The notes under the pieces are model-generated. The model was not told the DNA's origin. It did no database searches and saw only the letters and a program-made list of their open reading frames with translations. From Candidatus Poribacteria bacterium (GTDB taxonomy: Bacteria > Poribacteria > WGA-4E > UBA9662), in assembly GCA_046582655.1 (NCBI GenBank), contig JAYGDX010000068.1:32001-96000 (forward strand): a DNA stretch of 64,000 nt, given 5' to 3'. The first letter of the stretch is position 1, and each line of letters opens with the position of its first letter. The position numbers and the translations under genes are program-made. Shown here piece after piece: positions 52,856 to 62,229 of this stretch.

Positions 52856-53288
52856 GTTCTTCACTCTCAAAGTAAATTGGATCAGGTTTTACCCATTCTT
52901 CTTCACCATCCAGCCAGACTTCACGTTTCCAGATTGGGACGATCTGTTTTAGCCGATCCATAGCGTACTTACAAGCTTCAAATCCATCTTTACGATGTGG
53001 GGATGCAACCGCCACGGCTACACTGACTTCACCTATTTCCAGACGACCGACACGGTGCAAAATGGCAACCTGTCCGATTCCCCATTCCTCTCGGATCTCA
53101 TCGGCAATATCAGCCATTTTCTTTTCTGCCATAGGGATATAGGCTTCATATTCAAGGTAAGCAGTCTGACGACCTCCCGTATTGTTCCGGACTGTTCCAA
53201 GAAAGGTAACAATCGCTCCGGCATCGTCGGCTTCGACAGATTGAATGACGTCGTCTGCAGTAATCGCTTGTTCAGTAATCTTAAACAT
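52842..53288 (-). CDS. moaE: Molybdopterin synthase catalytic subunit
   Basis: GAIVTFLGTVR, LEYEAY, HRVG, SPHR, VPIWKRE. Confidence 0.96.
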   Translation of the reverse strand: MFKITEQAITADDVIQSVEADDAGAIVTFLGTVRNNTGGRQTAYLEYEAYIPMAEKKMADIADEIREEWGIGQVAILHRVGRLEIGEVSVAVAVASPHRKDGFEACKYAMDRLKQIVPIWKREVWLDGEEEWVKPDPIYFESEEHGRD

Positions 53289-53507
53289 TCTTTCCTCCCA
53301 ACATCTATGATCTTGCCTGATATGGAGATGAAATGTCGATAAACTCCATATCCATCAGCGGCTGATTTAACGCATAATTTTCTGAAATATCAGACATTTT
53401 TCGCCCAGGTTGGTTGAGAATGCTACCTGCATTATGATAATATTTCTAGCATAAATAGTTTTACCTTCAACAATAATCAGTTAATTCTCTTGAGGATTGT
53501 TATCAGA

Positions 53508-54176
53508 ATGTGTGGCCGTTTTACATTCGTTGCTGATCAGGCAACTTTAACCGAGACTTTCCCCCAATTCAAATTTTCCGGTTATTATTATGCCCCTCGG
53601 TATAATATCGCGCCGTCGCAGCCAGTTCCTGTTGTCGCCAACACAGGTGGTTCTGAAGTTGAGTGCTTTCATTGGGGATTGATCCCGCATTGGGCCAAGG
53701 ATCACAAAATTGGTTCCAAAATGATTAATGCCCGATCTGAAACTCTCGCGGAAAAACCTTCTTTCCGAATTCCTTATCGACACCGGCGTTGTTTAATACT
53801 CACCGATGGCTTTTACGAGTGGAAGAAGAACGAAGACGGCAGCAAAACACCGATGTATATTCAAACGGCATCACGCACACCTTTTGCCTTTGCTGGGTTG
53901 TGGGAAAACTGGACGCCACCCGGAGGCAATCCAATTCGATCTTGTACTATCATTACCACAAGCGCCAACGCATTCATGTCGGAGGTTCACCATCGAATGC
54001 CGGTGATTCTTGATGTCGAGGATTTCGATCAGTGGCTTACACCTGAAGAAAAACCAGCAGACCAACTGCGGGGTCTGTTGAGACCATACGAATCGGGCAA
54101 CTTGGTTGGGCATCAAGTGTCGCCATACGTCAATTCACCCAAAAACGATTCTTCTGACTGTATCCTGCCAATCTAG
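53508..54176 (+). CDS. SOS response-associated peptidase (SRAP/YedK, abasic-site protecting protein)
   Basis: MCGRF N-terminus (catalytic Cys2), RYNIAP, WGLIP, INARSE, GFYEW, HHRMPVI. Confidence 0.95.
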   Translation: MCGRFTFVADQATLTETFPQFKFSGYYYAPRYNIAPSQPVPVVANTGGSEVECFHWGLIPHWAKDHKIGSKMINARSETLAEKPSFRIPYRHRRCLILTDGFYEWKKNEDGSKTPMYIQTASRTPFAFAGLWENWTPPGGNPIRSCTIITTSANAFMSEVHHRMPVILDVEDFDQWLTPEEKPADQLRGLLRPYESGNLVGHQVSPYVNSPKNDSSDCILPI

Positions 54177-54177
54177 C

Positions 54178-55911
54178 TCAATTTTTATATTGCGACCGAT
54201 CCACGTTACCACCATACTTCATGGTATAAAAGAGCAGGTTTGTCATGAACCGGTGCACATCTGCCGACCGACGCATACGTAACATTGTTCGACTGCTGAT
54301 CTCTGCCGTTTCCATGGCACACATATAGTCTTTCCGATTATAAACCACAGCCAACCGACGTCCAATTGTAATTCCTTTATGAAACCTGAATTTTGAGGCC
54401 CTCGGTTTATTTTCACTTCCCCAGTAGACATCCCCACCGTTAGGTGGCACTGAAAGCTCATAGTATACTTTATAAATTTCGTGGTTGTATTGTATGTGCT
54501 TGAGCGGATATTCGGGTAGAATCTGACTGAGTTCGAACTCGACCTGTCTGGCAAAAAGACCGTTAAAACCGCAATCATCAAAGTAAAGCATTCCGCCGCG
54601 TTCAACCAGATACTCGCGTAAAGCGGCTCGTTCTTCCGAACTGAATCCATCTGTTAAGGGGCCACCCTTTACCATGTTACGCCCAACTGTGATATCCTTG
54701 TCATGCCCCGTCATGAAAATAATGGGCGCATCCAATATTTTTCTGTCCGTTAACGGTAAGGCCCCTCCTTCGAACTTCATATCCGCTTTCAACAGGGTAT
54801 GATCACCTAGCCAGGTCATAAAACTTGGAATCGCGGTTGGATCCTGCCACCAATCAGACAGAGAATGCTTGAGGCGGATTAGTCGAATATGACCCTGAAC
54901 GTCCTTCCCTTGACCAACGATGATAGCACCAAGTTGGTTGTCTGGTACTCTAATCAGATCCTGAAATTTTGATGACGACAGATCAGCAGAATCGGTTGCT
55001 CCTGTTGTCTCAATAATGGATGAAATCCCTTTTGAGTCTTTTCGCCCTTGGCTTTGGGCGCGAAACCGTCCAGTTTCTATTCCTGACCCACTTTTAACTT
55101 TAGTTGGAGATCCACTTGACCGCTTCAGTACATACTCCCTCGGGTTTGCCGGCAGTTTTGCCGTAGTTGACATTGGATCTGGAATCCTGTTAGGCAGTTC
55201 TGGGTTGCGAGAAAAATTTCGGTGTATTGGTGCCGTGGATAATTTAGCTGTTTCCGCAACTTGAGTTGGAGCGGTAATCTGCACTTGGGGTTGTGGAGCC
55301 TTGCGCAATGATGGTTTAAGCGTAACCCGTCGTTGGACACGGTTCACAATTGGTTTTTTAATCTTGCGAATAGTTGGAAGTGGTACGTTTACCATCTCAA
55401 TAGAAATGGATTCGGTCGGTAACTTTGTTGTTATTGTCAGTGCAATATAAATAACAAAAATAGCGTGGACAATGAACGAAATCGTGAACGCGGGTGAGGT
55501 TCTTTTCCAATTCCTCTTATTTAACCAATTTGTTGGTAAGATGAAAGCAGAAGATTGCTGATCAATGGCGCTGAAAGTGTGAACTTGGTTGCCACAAGTG
55601 ACTTGGATCTGGTTATTTGCCGTAGATTCAATTCCAATGCTCTCGGAGTCTGATTGACGGATAATGTCACTAAACCAGAGGATGGGGATTTTGGACGATC
55701 CGGAAGAGACAATTTCAGCGTCTGCAAGAATTTTCATATCAGCTAGAATGTTTCTAGCTGATATTTCAACCCTATTGTTTTCCAGTGTACGGAAATCGAC
55801 ATGTGACAACTGGTTCAATCGATTGTGAGCACCTGCCTTTGATTGCAGGCCTTGAATAGCCTTAAGTAATTCAGAGGAATCAGCACGGAACTGCACAGTT
55901 ATTTTCACCAC
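54178..55911 (-). CDS. DUF4159 membrane protein with N-terminal beta-clamp (DnaN domain I)-like domain
   Basis: C-terminal APIIFMTGH...LREYLVERGGMLYFDDC...HEIY...RLAVVY (DUF4159); TM helix SFIVHAIFVIYIALTI; Pro/Lys/Arg-rich linker; first ~125 aa align by eye with the DnaN N-terminal domain. Confidence 0.8.
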   Translation of the reverse strand: MVKITVQFRADSSELLKAIQGLQSKAGAHNRLNQLSHVDFRTLENNRVEISARNILADMKILADAEIVSSGSSKIPILWFSDIIRQSDSESIGIESTANNQIQVTCGNQVHTFSAIDQQSSAFILPTNWLNKRNWKRTSPAFTISFIVHAIFVIYIALTITTKLPTESISIEMVNVPLPTIRKIKKPIVNRVQRRVTLKPSLRKAPQPQVQITAPTQVAETAKLSTAPIHRNFSRNPELPNRIPDPMSTTAKLPANPREYVLKRSSGSPTKVKSGSGIETGRFRAQSQGRKDSKGISSIIETTGATDSADLSSSKFQDLIRVPDNQLGAIIVGQGKDVQGHIRLIRLKHSLSDWWQDPTAIPSFMTWLGDHTLLKADMKFEGGALPLTDRKILDAPIIFMTGHDKDITVGRNMVKGGPLTDGFSSEERAALREYLVERGGMLYFDDCGFNGLFARQVEFELSQILPEYPLKHIQYNHEIYKVYYELSVPPNGGDVYWGSENKPRASKFRFHKGITIGRRLAVVYNRKDYMCAMETAEISSRTMLRMRRSADVHRFMTNLLFYTMKYGGNVDRSQYKN

Positions 55912-56488
55912 CCTTTTGTTAAAATTGATTATAGATGAGGATTATGCTGGTCGTTCGTTTAATCGTTAATCTTGAAGAATGCATGGGAAGATAAAAGCAT
56001 ATTTCGGTAATATTGGACGAAACCCTATCAACTTGACTAGACATTAATCCTGCTATTCCCCAAAAAATTAGATTGAATCAGTGGAACTTCTGCAGTTTTC
56101 AGACTGGCTAAGTGGTTCTTTTGTTCGAGGATTCTTTTTCTCTATATTCTACCAGCTAGTGACCTCTTCAGTGTCCTTGAATTCTCAATTTATTTAAAGA
56201 AAATAACTTCCGCCTGCGTAGCTAGCGTTTTCTAATGACCACATCCTCTCGAATTCACCTTGTGAGTCTTGCTTCGATGAAAATGGGATACTACTTACGG
56301 TTAGGTAAGCCCCCAAAGCGAATTATAGGTTCGCTGTCGCTGATCTTATGATTATATGGATTCGGCATAATCGTAACACAAAATCGTTGAATCCTCCAAT
56401 CAAATCATACGTTGTTTTAATTGTTGTACTGTTTGGCCTATGCTAAAATAATATCAAGTATAATAACTAAAGAATATTGTCGTTATAT

Positions 56489-56953
56489 ATGCCTATTACA
56501 TTAGAATCAATTCGATTAACAGAAGGCGATCTACAGGATTATCGGCCTTATTTTTCTTCTGCACAGGAGATTTACTCACCCACGTCGCCGAAAGACCCCG
56601 CTTGCCTGATTGGATGGCGTGATCGGTGGTGGTTGCACGGCAAACCGGGGCAGAATCTTGCTATTAACTATTGGCTGTTTGAATCCGAGGAGGACGCTAG
56701 AACTGCTGTGGAAGAGGGCAGAACGCGTCTTTCCAGTAGAAGTGTGATGATAAATGGAAAACGTGAACCGATTTACCAGCCATTCGCGGATCCGACAAAA
56801 ATCTTTAATGGATTGGTGTGGCAAGCCGATCATAATTTCCTTTTTAGCACTCACGACATTGCTGTGTTGGTAATGGAGTCCGGCAAACAAGTGCCTGTTG
56901 AAACAACCTTATCGATCGCTAAGAAAGTTCTCGAAAAGATAGTAAGTCGCTGA
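56489..56953 (+). CDS. Hypothetical protein
   Basis: ~155-aa clean ORF with globular composition; same strand as the next gene. Confidence 0.6.
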   Translation: MPITLESIRLTEGDLQDYRPYFSSAQEIYSPTSPKDPACLIGWRDRWWLHGKPGQNLAINYWLFESEEDARTAVEEGRTRLSSRSVMINGKREPIYQPFADPTKIFNGLVWQADHNFLFSTHDIAVLVMESGKQVPVETTLSIAKKVLEKIVSR

Positions 56954-56995
56954 TAAATTCATACTAATTAATAATGAAAAACTGAAGATCATGAA

Positions 56996-59266
56996 ATGAA
57001 GCGTGTCCATTCATGTCCCCATCGTATTTCAATTGCTATCCGATTTCTCCTCCCATTCTTTTGCATATTTCTCCTAGTTTCCTCTTTTGGCACTCTATGC
57101 TTTGGTAACTCAGAATTTCAAAGTATTGTTCTCCTGATTGATAACTCCAGAAGTATGGATATGACAGACACACATAAATGGAGATGGACGTCAGCCAAAG
57201 TTTTGATCAATCGCCTTCAAATCGATCAATGGGTCTGCGTGATCGGATTTACCGATTCCGTGATATTGGTCATTGAGCCGACGCGAATCGACGGCGACAT
57301 AGAGCAGAAGGCTAACTTGGAACGTAAGTTAGCCGTACCCATCAATGAGGTGGAGAAAAAAGGTAGTACTATCGGGCAAGCTTTATTTCGGGCAGAAAAG
57401 GCACTCCAAAGTATGCCATCGATCGAATCTCAGGTACTGATTTTAATGACTGATAGTAAAGCAGGATTTACCAAGAAGCAGTGGAACCGGTTCTTAAAAA
57501 ACAGTTTTAATCGTAAAAGCTATTTTCTAATGAATCTCCAGGACAAATCAATCTCCGTTTCCAATGGTCAGAAACGACCTCATAATAATCTGCTTACTGC
57601 GTTTTTGTATGTCATGAATGATATGGATGAATATCAATTGTATGAGCAGAAGCAAATTCCATCAAAGCTGCATATCTTTCTTCATGATCCCGAAATAGAG
57701 AGTTTAGAGCTTCAGTTTACATCATCCCAAAAACGCAAATCTGATATTGAAATCAAAGACTCGCAAGGAAATTATATCTTTCCCTATTTTGAAACCAGCC
57801 ATTGCACATCTTATTGGATTCCCCAACCTGCTCTCGGACGTTGGCAGGTTTCTGTTGATAATGATAATCAGGTCGAGTTGTTGGCCTTCAAGAGGAAACA
57901 GCCAGATACGTCCATAGGCCGGCTTGAATTTGGTCCACTGCCTCCTACCTATGAACCCGGCCGCCAAATAGGCCTTCAGATTCGATTAGTGGGAGGTACG
58001 TATTCATCTAGTCAAATTGGTGGTAAAGTGATCTCGCGGGAGGTAGAGGAAAAAATAATTTTTGATCAAACTGCTGATCAATCTCTATATCAAGCGAAAT
58101 ACGTACCCAAAGAAGAGGGGAAGCACAAATTTATTATTGATCCAAGTCTAGAATATATTGTTAATCCGCCAATCCGAACGGTTGAACTTAGGATGTATCA
58201 ATTTCCAGTCTGGCTTACAGTCGCAGCCATATCAGGTGTTATTGGCGTTGGAGCAATGGTACTTTTTCTCTTTATCTTTTTTCGGAGAAGATCAACTCGT
58301 AATGGGGTCGAAGACGATGAGATAGAGGACGAAATCGAAGTTGATCGGCGTGCAGAAATTGCGCAGTTACATAATATCATTGTAAAGCAGAAGGAATCAG
58401 GTTCTTTCTATCAGCAGGAAGAGCAACCAGAATCCATCCCCGACACAGCAGAAGTGGAACAACAACAGGATACAGAAGATCCAAATATACAGAGTATTGA
58501 ACAAATACCGACAATTCAAGATCAAGATGAATTGGCCATCCTACCGGTCGAATCCGAGGATGTAGGTCAAGCTGATGGCGATCTGAATCAGGAACTCAGC
58601 CCGGCATCGGAATTAGAATCACTACAGCTCGAAGATTTTAATAACACGACCAAGGCAAAGGTAGAAGAAACTAAACTAGGTACTGATGAGATTTCTTCCG
58701 GTTTTGATCCTGACACCAAAGTTTCCGAAGAGATAGAAGAGATAAAGGATGTTGCAGATTCCAATCAAGATGATGTTTCACCAAAGCAGAAAACAACAAC
58801 TGGGGAAGAGCAGGATAAGGACAACGCTGAACCGGATGTTGCCGAAGATTCCGGTAGTGATTTAGTGTCTGAAGATGAGGCATTGGATACTGCAAGCGAA
58901 GTGGATTCTGCTAGTGATGTAACTTCACAGGATCGGGAAATAATTGAAGCGGAGGATGATAATACTGCTGATCCAGTAGAAGCTGAAATCACAAAGCAGC
59001 AGGTGGATGGTTTAGAGCAGCAACCGGAGGGTGAAGGGATAGATTGGTATATCGGAAAATTTCTATCGGATGTCCAAAATATAATTGCTGATGATAGCAC
59101 GGAAACAAATGGTGTTGCTGCGGAAACAGTTAGTGCAGTGTCTGGAGAAGAGGATTTGATTCAAGGTGTTGATGAAACAGAATTGGAAGAATTCAACCAG
59201 GGAAGCGATGTAGATCAACATATCGATAAAATTCTATCTGAGATCGAGGTATTGAGTAGGGAATAA
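56996..59266 (+). CDS. vWA-domain membrane protein with long acidic C-terminal tail
   Basis: Signal peptide; MIDAS-like LLIDNSRSM and ILMTD; TM helix followed by RRR; ~320-aa Asp/Glu-rich tail. Confidence 0.8.
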   Translation: MKRVHSCPHRISIAIRFLLPFFCIFLLVSSFGTLCFGNSEFQSIVLLIDNSRSMDMTDTHKWRWTSAKVLINRLQIDQWVCVIGFTDSVILVIEPTRIDGDIEQKANLERKLAVPINEVEKKGSTIGQALFRAEKALQSMPSIESQVLILMTDSKAGFTKKQWNRFLKNSFNRKSYFLMNLQDKSISVSNGQKRPHNNLLTAFLYVMNDMDEYQLYEQKQIPSKLHIFLHDPEIESLELQFTSSQKRKSDIEIKDSQGNYIFPYFETSHCTSYWIPQPALGRWQVSVDNDNQVELLAFKRKQPDTSIGRLEFGPLPPTYEPGRQIGLQIRLVGGTYSSSQIGGKVISREVEEKIIFDQTADQSLYQAKYVPKEEGKHKFIIDPSLEYIVNPPIRTVELRMYQFPVWLTVAAISGVIGVGAMVLFLFIFFRRRSTRNGVEDDEIEDEIEVDRRAEIAQLHNIIVKQKESGSFYQQEEQPESIPDTAEVEQQQDTEDPNIQSIEQIPTIQDQDELAILPVESEDVGQADGDLNQELSPASELESLQLEDFNNTTKAKVEETKLGTDEISSGFDPDTKVSEEIEEIKDVADSNQDDVSPKQKTTTGEEQDKDNAEPDVAEDSGSDLVSEDEALDTASEVDSASDVTSQDREIIEAEDDNTADPVEAEITKQQVDGLEQQPEGEGIDWYIGKFLSDVQNIIADDSTETNGVAAETVSAVSGEEDLIQGVDETELEEFNQGSDVDQHIDKILSEIEVLSRE

Positions 59267-59279
59267 TTACTGTCTAAAC

Positions 59280-60266
59280 TCAGAAGTTAGACAGTAGCGA
59301 AAATCGATGAACTGCGCCAAACTTGCCCAAGGAACCTAAGGCGTAATCAAGTCCAAAATCACCGATAGTAATACCGAAGCCAGTGGTAATACCAGATGCT
59401 GCGCCGAGATCATTGCCACCGAGTTCGTATTTGTACCCTGTTCGTAGATGAAGTCGCTGGAGAACGGTAAGGGAGACCCCCAAACCGAATGTTAAATCGT
59501 TGTCTGATGGTCGGTTTATATCGGCAGTGATTGCCAATTTATCTCCAGGCACATGATAAGCTAATCCAAATTTAATGTTCACGGGCAAACTGAACGCTTC
59601 TTCCGAATCCTCAACAAACTTGGCTTTTGTACCAAGATTCTGGATGTTGAGACCAATGGCGAGATTCTTACCTGGGATGGTATGTAAAACACCTATATCC
59701 GAGGCAATGGCCTGTGCACCTATATCCTCAATAATTTTCTCACTCACCCATTTAAGGTTAAGGCCAAGTGCAGTATTTCCGAATTCTTGGCTATAGGACA
59801 ACAGCATTGCCAGATCCCGAGGTCGAAACTCCTCTGTTTCTTTGCCATTTGCGTCCCGACCCGTAATTGTTCCGTATGAGAGGTAAATAATGCTTGTGCT
59901 GATGACGCCTCTGCCAACTGGCTGCGCAACCCCGATAAATTGGTGGCTGATCCCTTCAAACCAGTTATTGTGCATAGCAGCAAACTGGGTGCGCTTCACA
60001 CTGGAAAGCCCCGCGGGATTCCAATAGACTGCATACATATCGTGTGCCAGTGCAACTTGTGACTCACCCATGCTAATTCCTTTCGCACCGACCCCGATTT
60101 TCAGAAATGGCATAGCACGCGTTCCTGCATTTTCATGGATGTTTTGGCTATTAACAGCCACTGTAAAAAAATTGATTAGGCATACTGTTGACAATAAGAA
60201 TAGCTTTCGAAATGACAGTAGAATTTTCTCCATTATTCTTGTTGGCTTTTCTGAAACCAATTCCAT
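59280..60266 (-). CDS. PorV/PorQ-family outer-membrane beta-barrel
   Basis: FLKIGVGAKGISMGE, YWNPAGL, C-terminal HRFSLLSNF; true start may be the second Met (60233). Confidence 0.85.
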   Translation of the reverse strand: MELVSEKPTRIMEKILLSFRKLFLLSTVCLINFFTVAVNSQNIHENAGTRAMPFLKIGVGAKGISMGESQVALAHDMYAVYWNPAGLSSVKRTQFAAMHNNWFEGISHQFIGVAQPVGRGVISTSIIYLSYGTITGRDANGKETEEFRPRDLAMLLSYSQEFGNTALGLNLKWVSEKIIEDIGAQAIASDIGVLHTIPGKNLAIGLNIQNLGTKAKFVEDSEEAFSLPVNIKFGLAYHVPGDKLAITADINRPSDNDLTFGLGVSLTVLQRLHLRTGYKYELGGNDLGAASGITTGFGITIGDFGLDYALGSLGKFGAVHRFSLLSNF

Positions 60267-60979
60267 TTACTCGACTTTTTTTCCTTTGGTACCAATGTGT
60301 CAGGAATTTCGTTGATCCAGACTTCGGCAAGCTTGCTCAACGAAGATTGTGGTGAAAGCTCTACTACTTTTAGATAGTCCAAACGTGCAAGATCAAGTTT
60401 GTTCTGTAGACGATACGTATTTGCTCGATTGTAGTAGTTAGATGCTTTTTCCGGACGTTTCTCAATGGCAACCGCCAAATCTGCAGAAGCGGCCCTATAT
60501 TGTCGTAGCTGTAGATAGTTTCTTGATCTTGCTTCATAGGATGTACCAGTTTCTGGGGAAATCTCGATAGCAGTTGTTAAATCATCTATCGCTTTTCTAT
60601 AGACTGAGAGCTCTTCATAGATTTCAGCTCGCTTAATGTATGATTTCGCATGTGTCGAATCAGCCTTGATGGTATAACTAAGGTCTGTAATTGCCTGACG
60701 AAGGTCACCCGACGATTCCATCAATTTCACGCTAAGCAGGTAATGGATGCCCGGATCAACGGACTTCATAATTGAAGGCACAGTGTGGAGACCGATTATA
60801 ATAGCCCGATTCCAACTATCAATAACATCTCGGTATTCACTGAGTTTCTGTTTCTCCCCTTTGGCCAGTTTTGCTCGGTCGAGATGCGCATATCCGCGTC
60901 CGACATAACCCAGTGCAGATTCAATTATATCAACTGGCGCTGGGTTATCGAGGTTCTTGATTAAGTCTAAGCTGGCCAT
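60233..60979 (-). CDS. TPR protein
   Basis: TPR repeats (SYIKRAEIYEEL..YRKAIDDLTTAIEISP). Confidence 0.85.
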   Translation of the reverse strand: MASLDLIKNLDNPAPVDIIESALGYVGRGYAHLDRAKLAKGEKQKLSEYRDVIDSWNRAIIIGLHTVPSIMKSVDPGIHYLLSVKLMESSGDLRQAITDLSYTIKADSTHAKSYIKRAEIYEELSVYRKAIDDLTTAIEISPETGTSYEARSRNYLQLRQYRAASADLAVAIEKRPEKASNYYNRANTYRLQNKLDLARLDYLKVVELSPQSSLSKLAEVWINEIPDTLVPKEKKSSKWNWFQKSQQE

Positions 60980-61021
60980 TGGATCCAGACTACACTTTGA
61001 ACTGTAGTACGTTGGTGACCA

Positions 61022-61051
61022 ATTCTACAATAGGTTGAATGAAAGCGTCAA
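61022..61051 (-). promoter_or_regulatory. Putative sigma70 promoter for the TPR-PorV pair
   Basis: Minus strand TTGACG-N18-TAGAAT, about 40 nt upstream of the TPR gene start. Confidence 0.5.
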
Positions 61052-61073
61052 GATTTTTGTTTTGGGGAAGTTG

Positions 61074-62153
61074 TCATCTTCTACTCAAAATGCTGATTGC
61101 AACAGAGGAGACCGAAATGAAGCTGAAAATCAGAGACCAGTTCACATCAAATTTCTTGGGGATTTCAACTGAATCTCCGGGATGAATTAGAATTTTTGAA
61201 TCATTATCGTCACCAAGCGCAACCTGTTCAACTTGGCCGTTTGGTCTGCGAATTGTCACTTCTGTTCGATTGGCTTTTTCAGTTGACCCACCAGCCAATG
61301 CAACTGCTTGCTGGATTGTTATGGGTGCGCGTATTTTATGTGCGCCAGGTTGATGGACGTACCCAAGCACATAAATCCGATCGACTTTATAAGCGTTCGG
61401 AACATACAATACGTCACCATTTTGCAAATAATAACTCTCATTTTCATCTTTGTTGAGATCCTTCCAAAATTGCTCAGAAACCTCAATCTCGATTTGGTGT
61501 CCATTCGATTTCCCAATCACGAGCTTTGAAAGATCCGCTTCATCATAAATCGGGCCTCCAGCACGGGTCAGGGCGTGATCAATTCTAATCCGTTGCCGGA
61601 TTAATATTTTGCTAGGAGTCTGTACCTGTCCCTGTACTTCAACTTGAGCCAACGTTGGCACGAAGACCAAGTCTCCGCTTTGAACCGCCACATAATGGTA
61701 ATCAGTACCAGGCGAGAGGTCCAATGTTTCTATTGTTTGATCCCGTCGAATGACCTGCACCTTATGAAAATCCCCAGTCTCAAGCATACCACCTGCCAAT
61801 GCAATCGCTCGCTGAAGACCAATTTCTTGCTGAGAATTCAATGGATAGCGCCCAGGTAATCGCACTGCTCCACCAACAAAAATATCTTGTGTCGAAGTGA
61901 CAGTCAGCATAATAATTGGATTCTTCAGCAAGCCCTGTTGGGTAAGGTGATCATAGACCCGATAACGAATTTCATCTGTTGTTTCCCCTTTTACTTTGAT
62001 GTCTTTGCCAAAATAGCTAATCATCCCGTCTGGTCGGACTTTTACTGTTTGCTTAAATTCAGGCTGACCGAGAACAAAGATCATAATCTCGTCACCGACC
62101 TGAGCCTGATAAGCATCAGCAAATAGAAGGTTGGGAATCAAGATGCATGTCAA
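61074..62153 (-). CDS. Polysaccharide export protein (Poly_export plus SLBB repeats, Wza/KpsD-like)
   Basis: VGDEI.I.V.GQPE...VRPDGMIS; three SLBB repeats (AIALAGG, ALTRAGG, AVALAGG). Start uncertain. Confidence 0.88.
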   Translation of the reverse strand: MTCILIPNLLFADAYQAQVGDEIMIFVLGQPEFKQTVKVRPDGMISYFGKDIKVKGETTDEIRYRVYDHLTQQGLLKNPIIMLTVTSTQDIFVGGAVRLPGRYPLNSQQEIGLQRAIALAGGMLETGDFHKVQVIRRDQTIETLDLSPGTDYHYVAVQSGDLVFVPTLAQVEVQGQVQTPSKILIRQRIRIDHALTRAGGPIYDEADLSKLVIGKSNGHQIEIEVSEQFWKDLNKDENESYYLQNGDVLYVPNAYKVDRIYVLGYVHQPGAHKIRAPITIQQAVALAGGSTEKANRTEVTIRRPNGQVEQVALGDDNDSKILIHPGDSVEIPKKFDVNWSLIFSFISVSSVAISILSRR

Positions 62154-62229
62154 AAAAAACGCTAAAGTTTCACTCGTTTTCAGCTTAAAAATCCTCGTTT
62201 TTCAGAATTTTAAATGAAGCAAGATACTT

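Noticed and set aside
53290..53490. Moco riboswitch upstream of moaE
   Set aside because: Only one hairpin is visible; I could not find the multi-stem Moco motif features.
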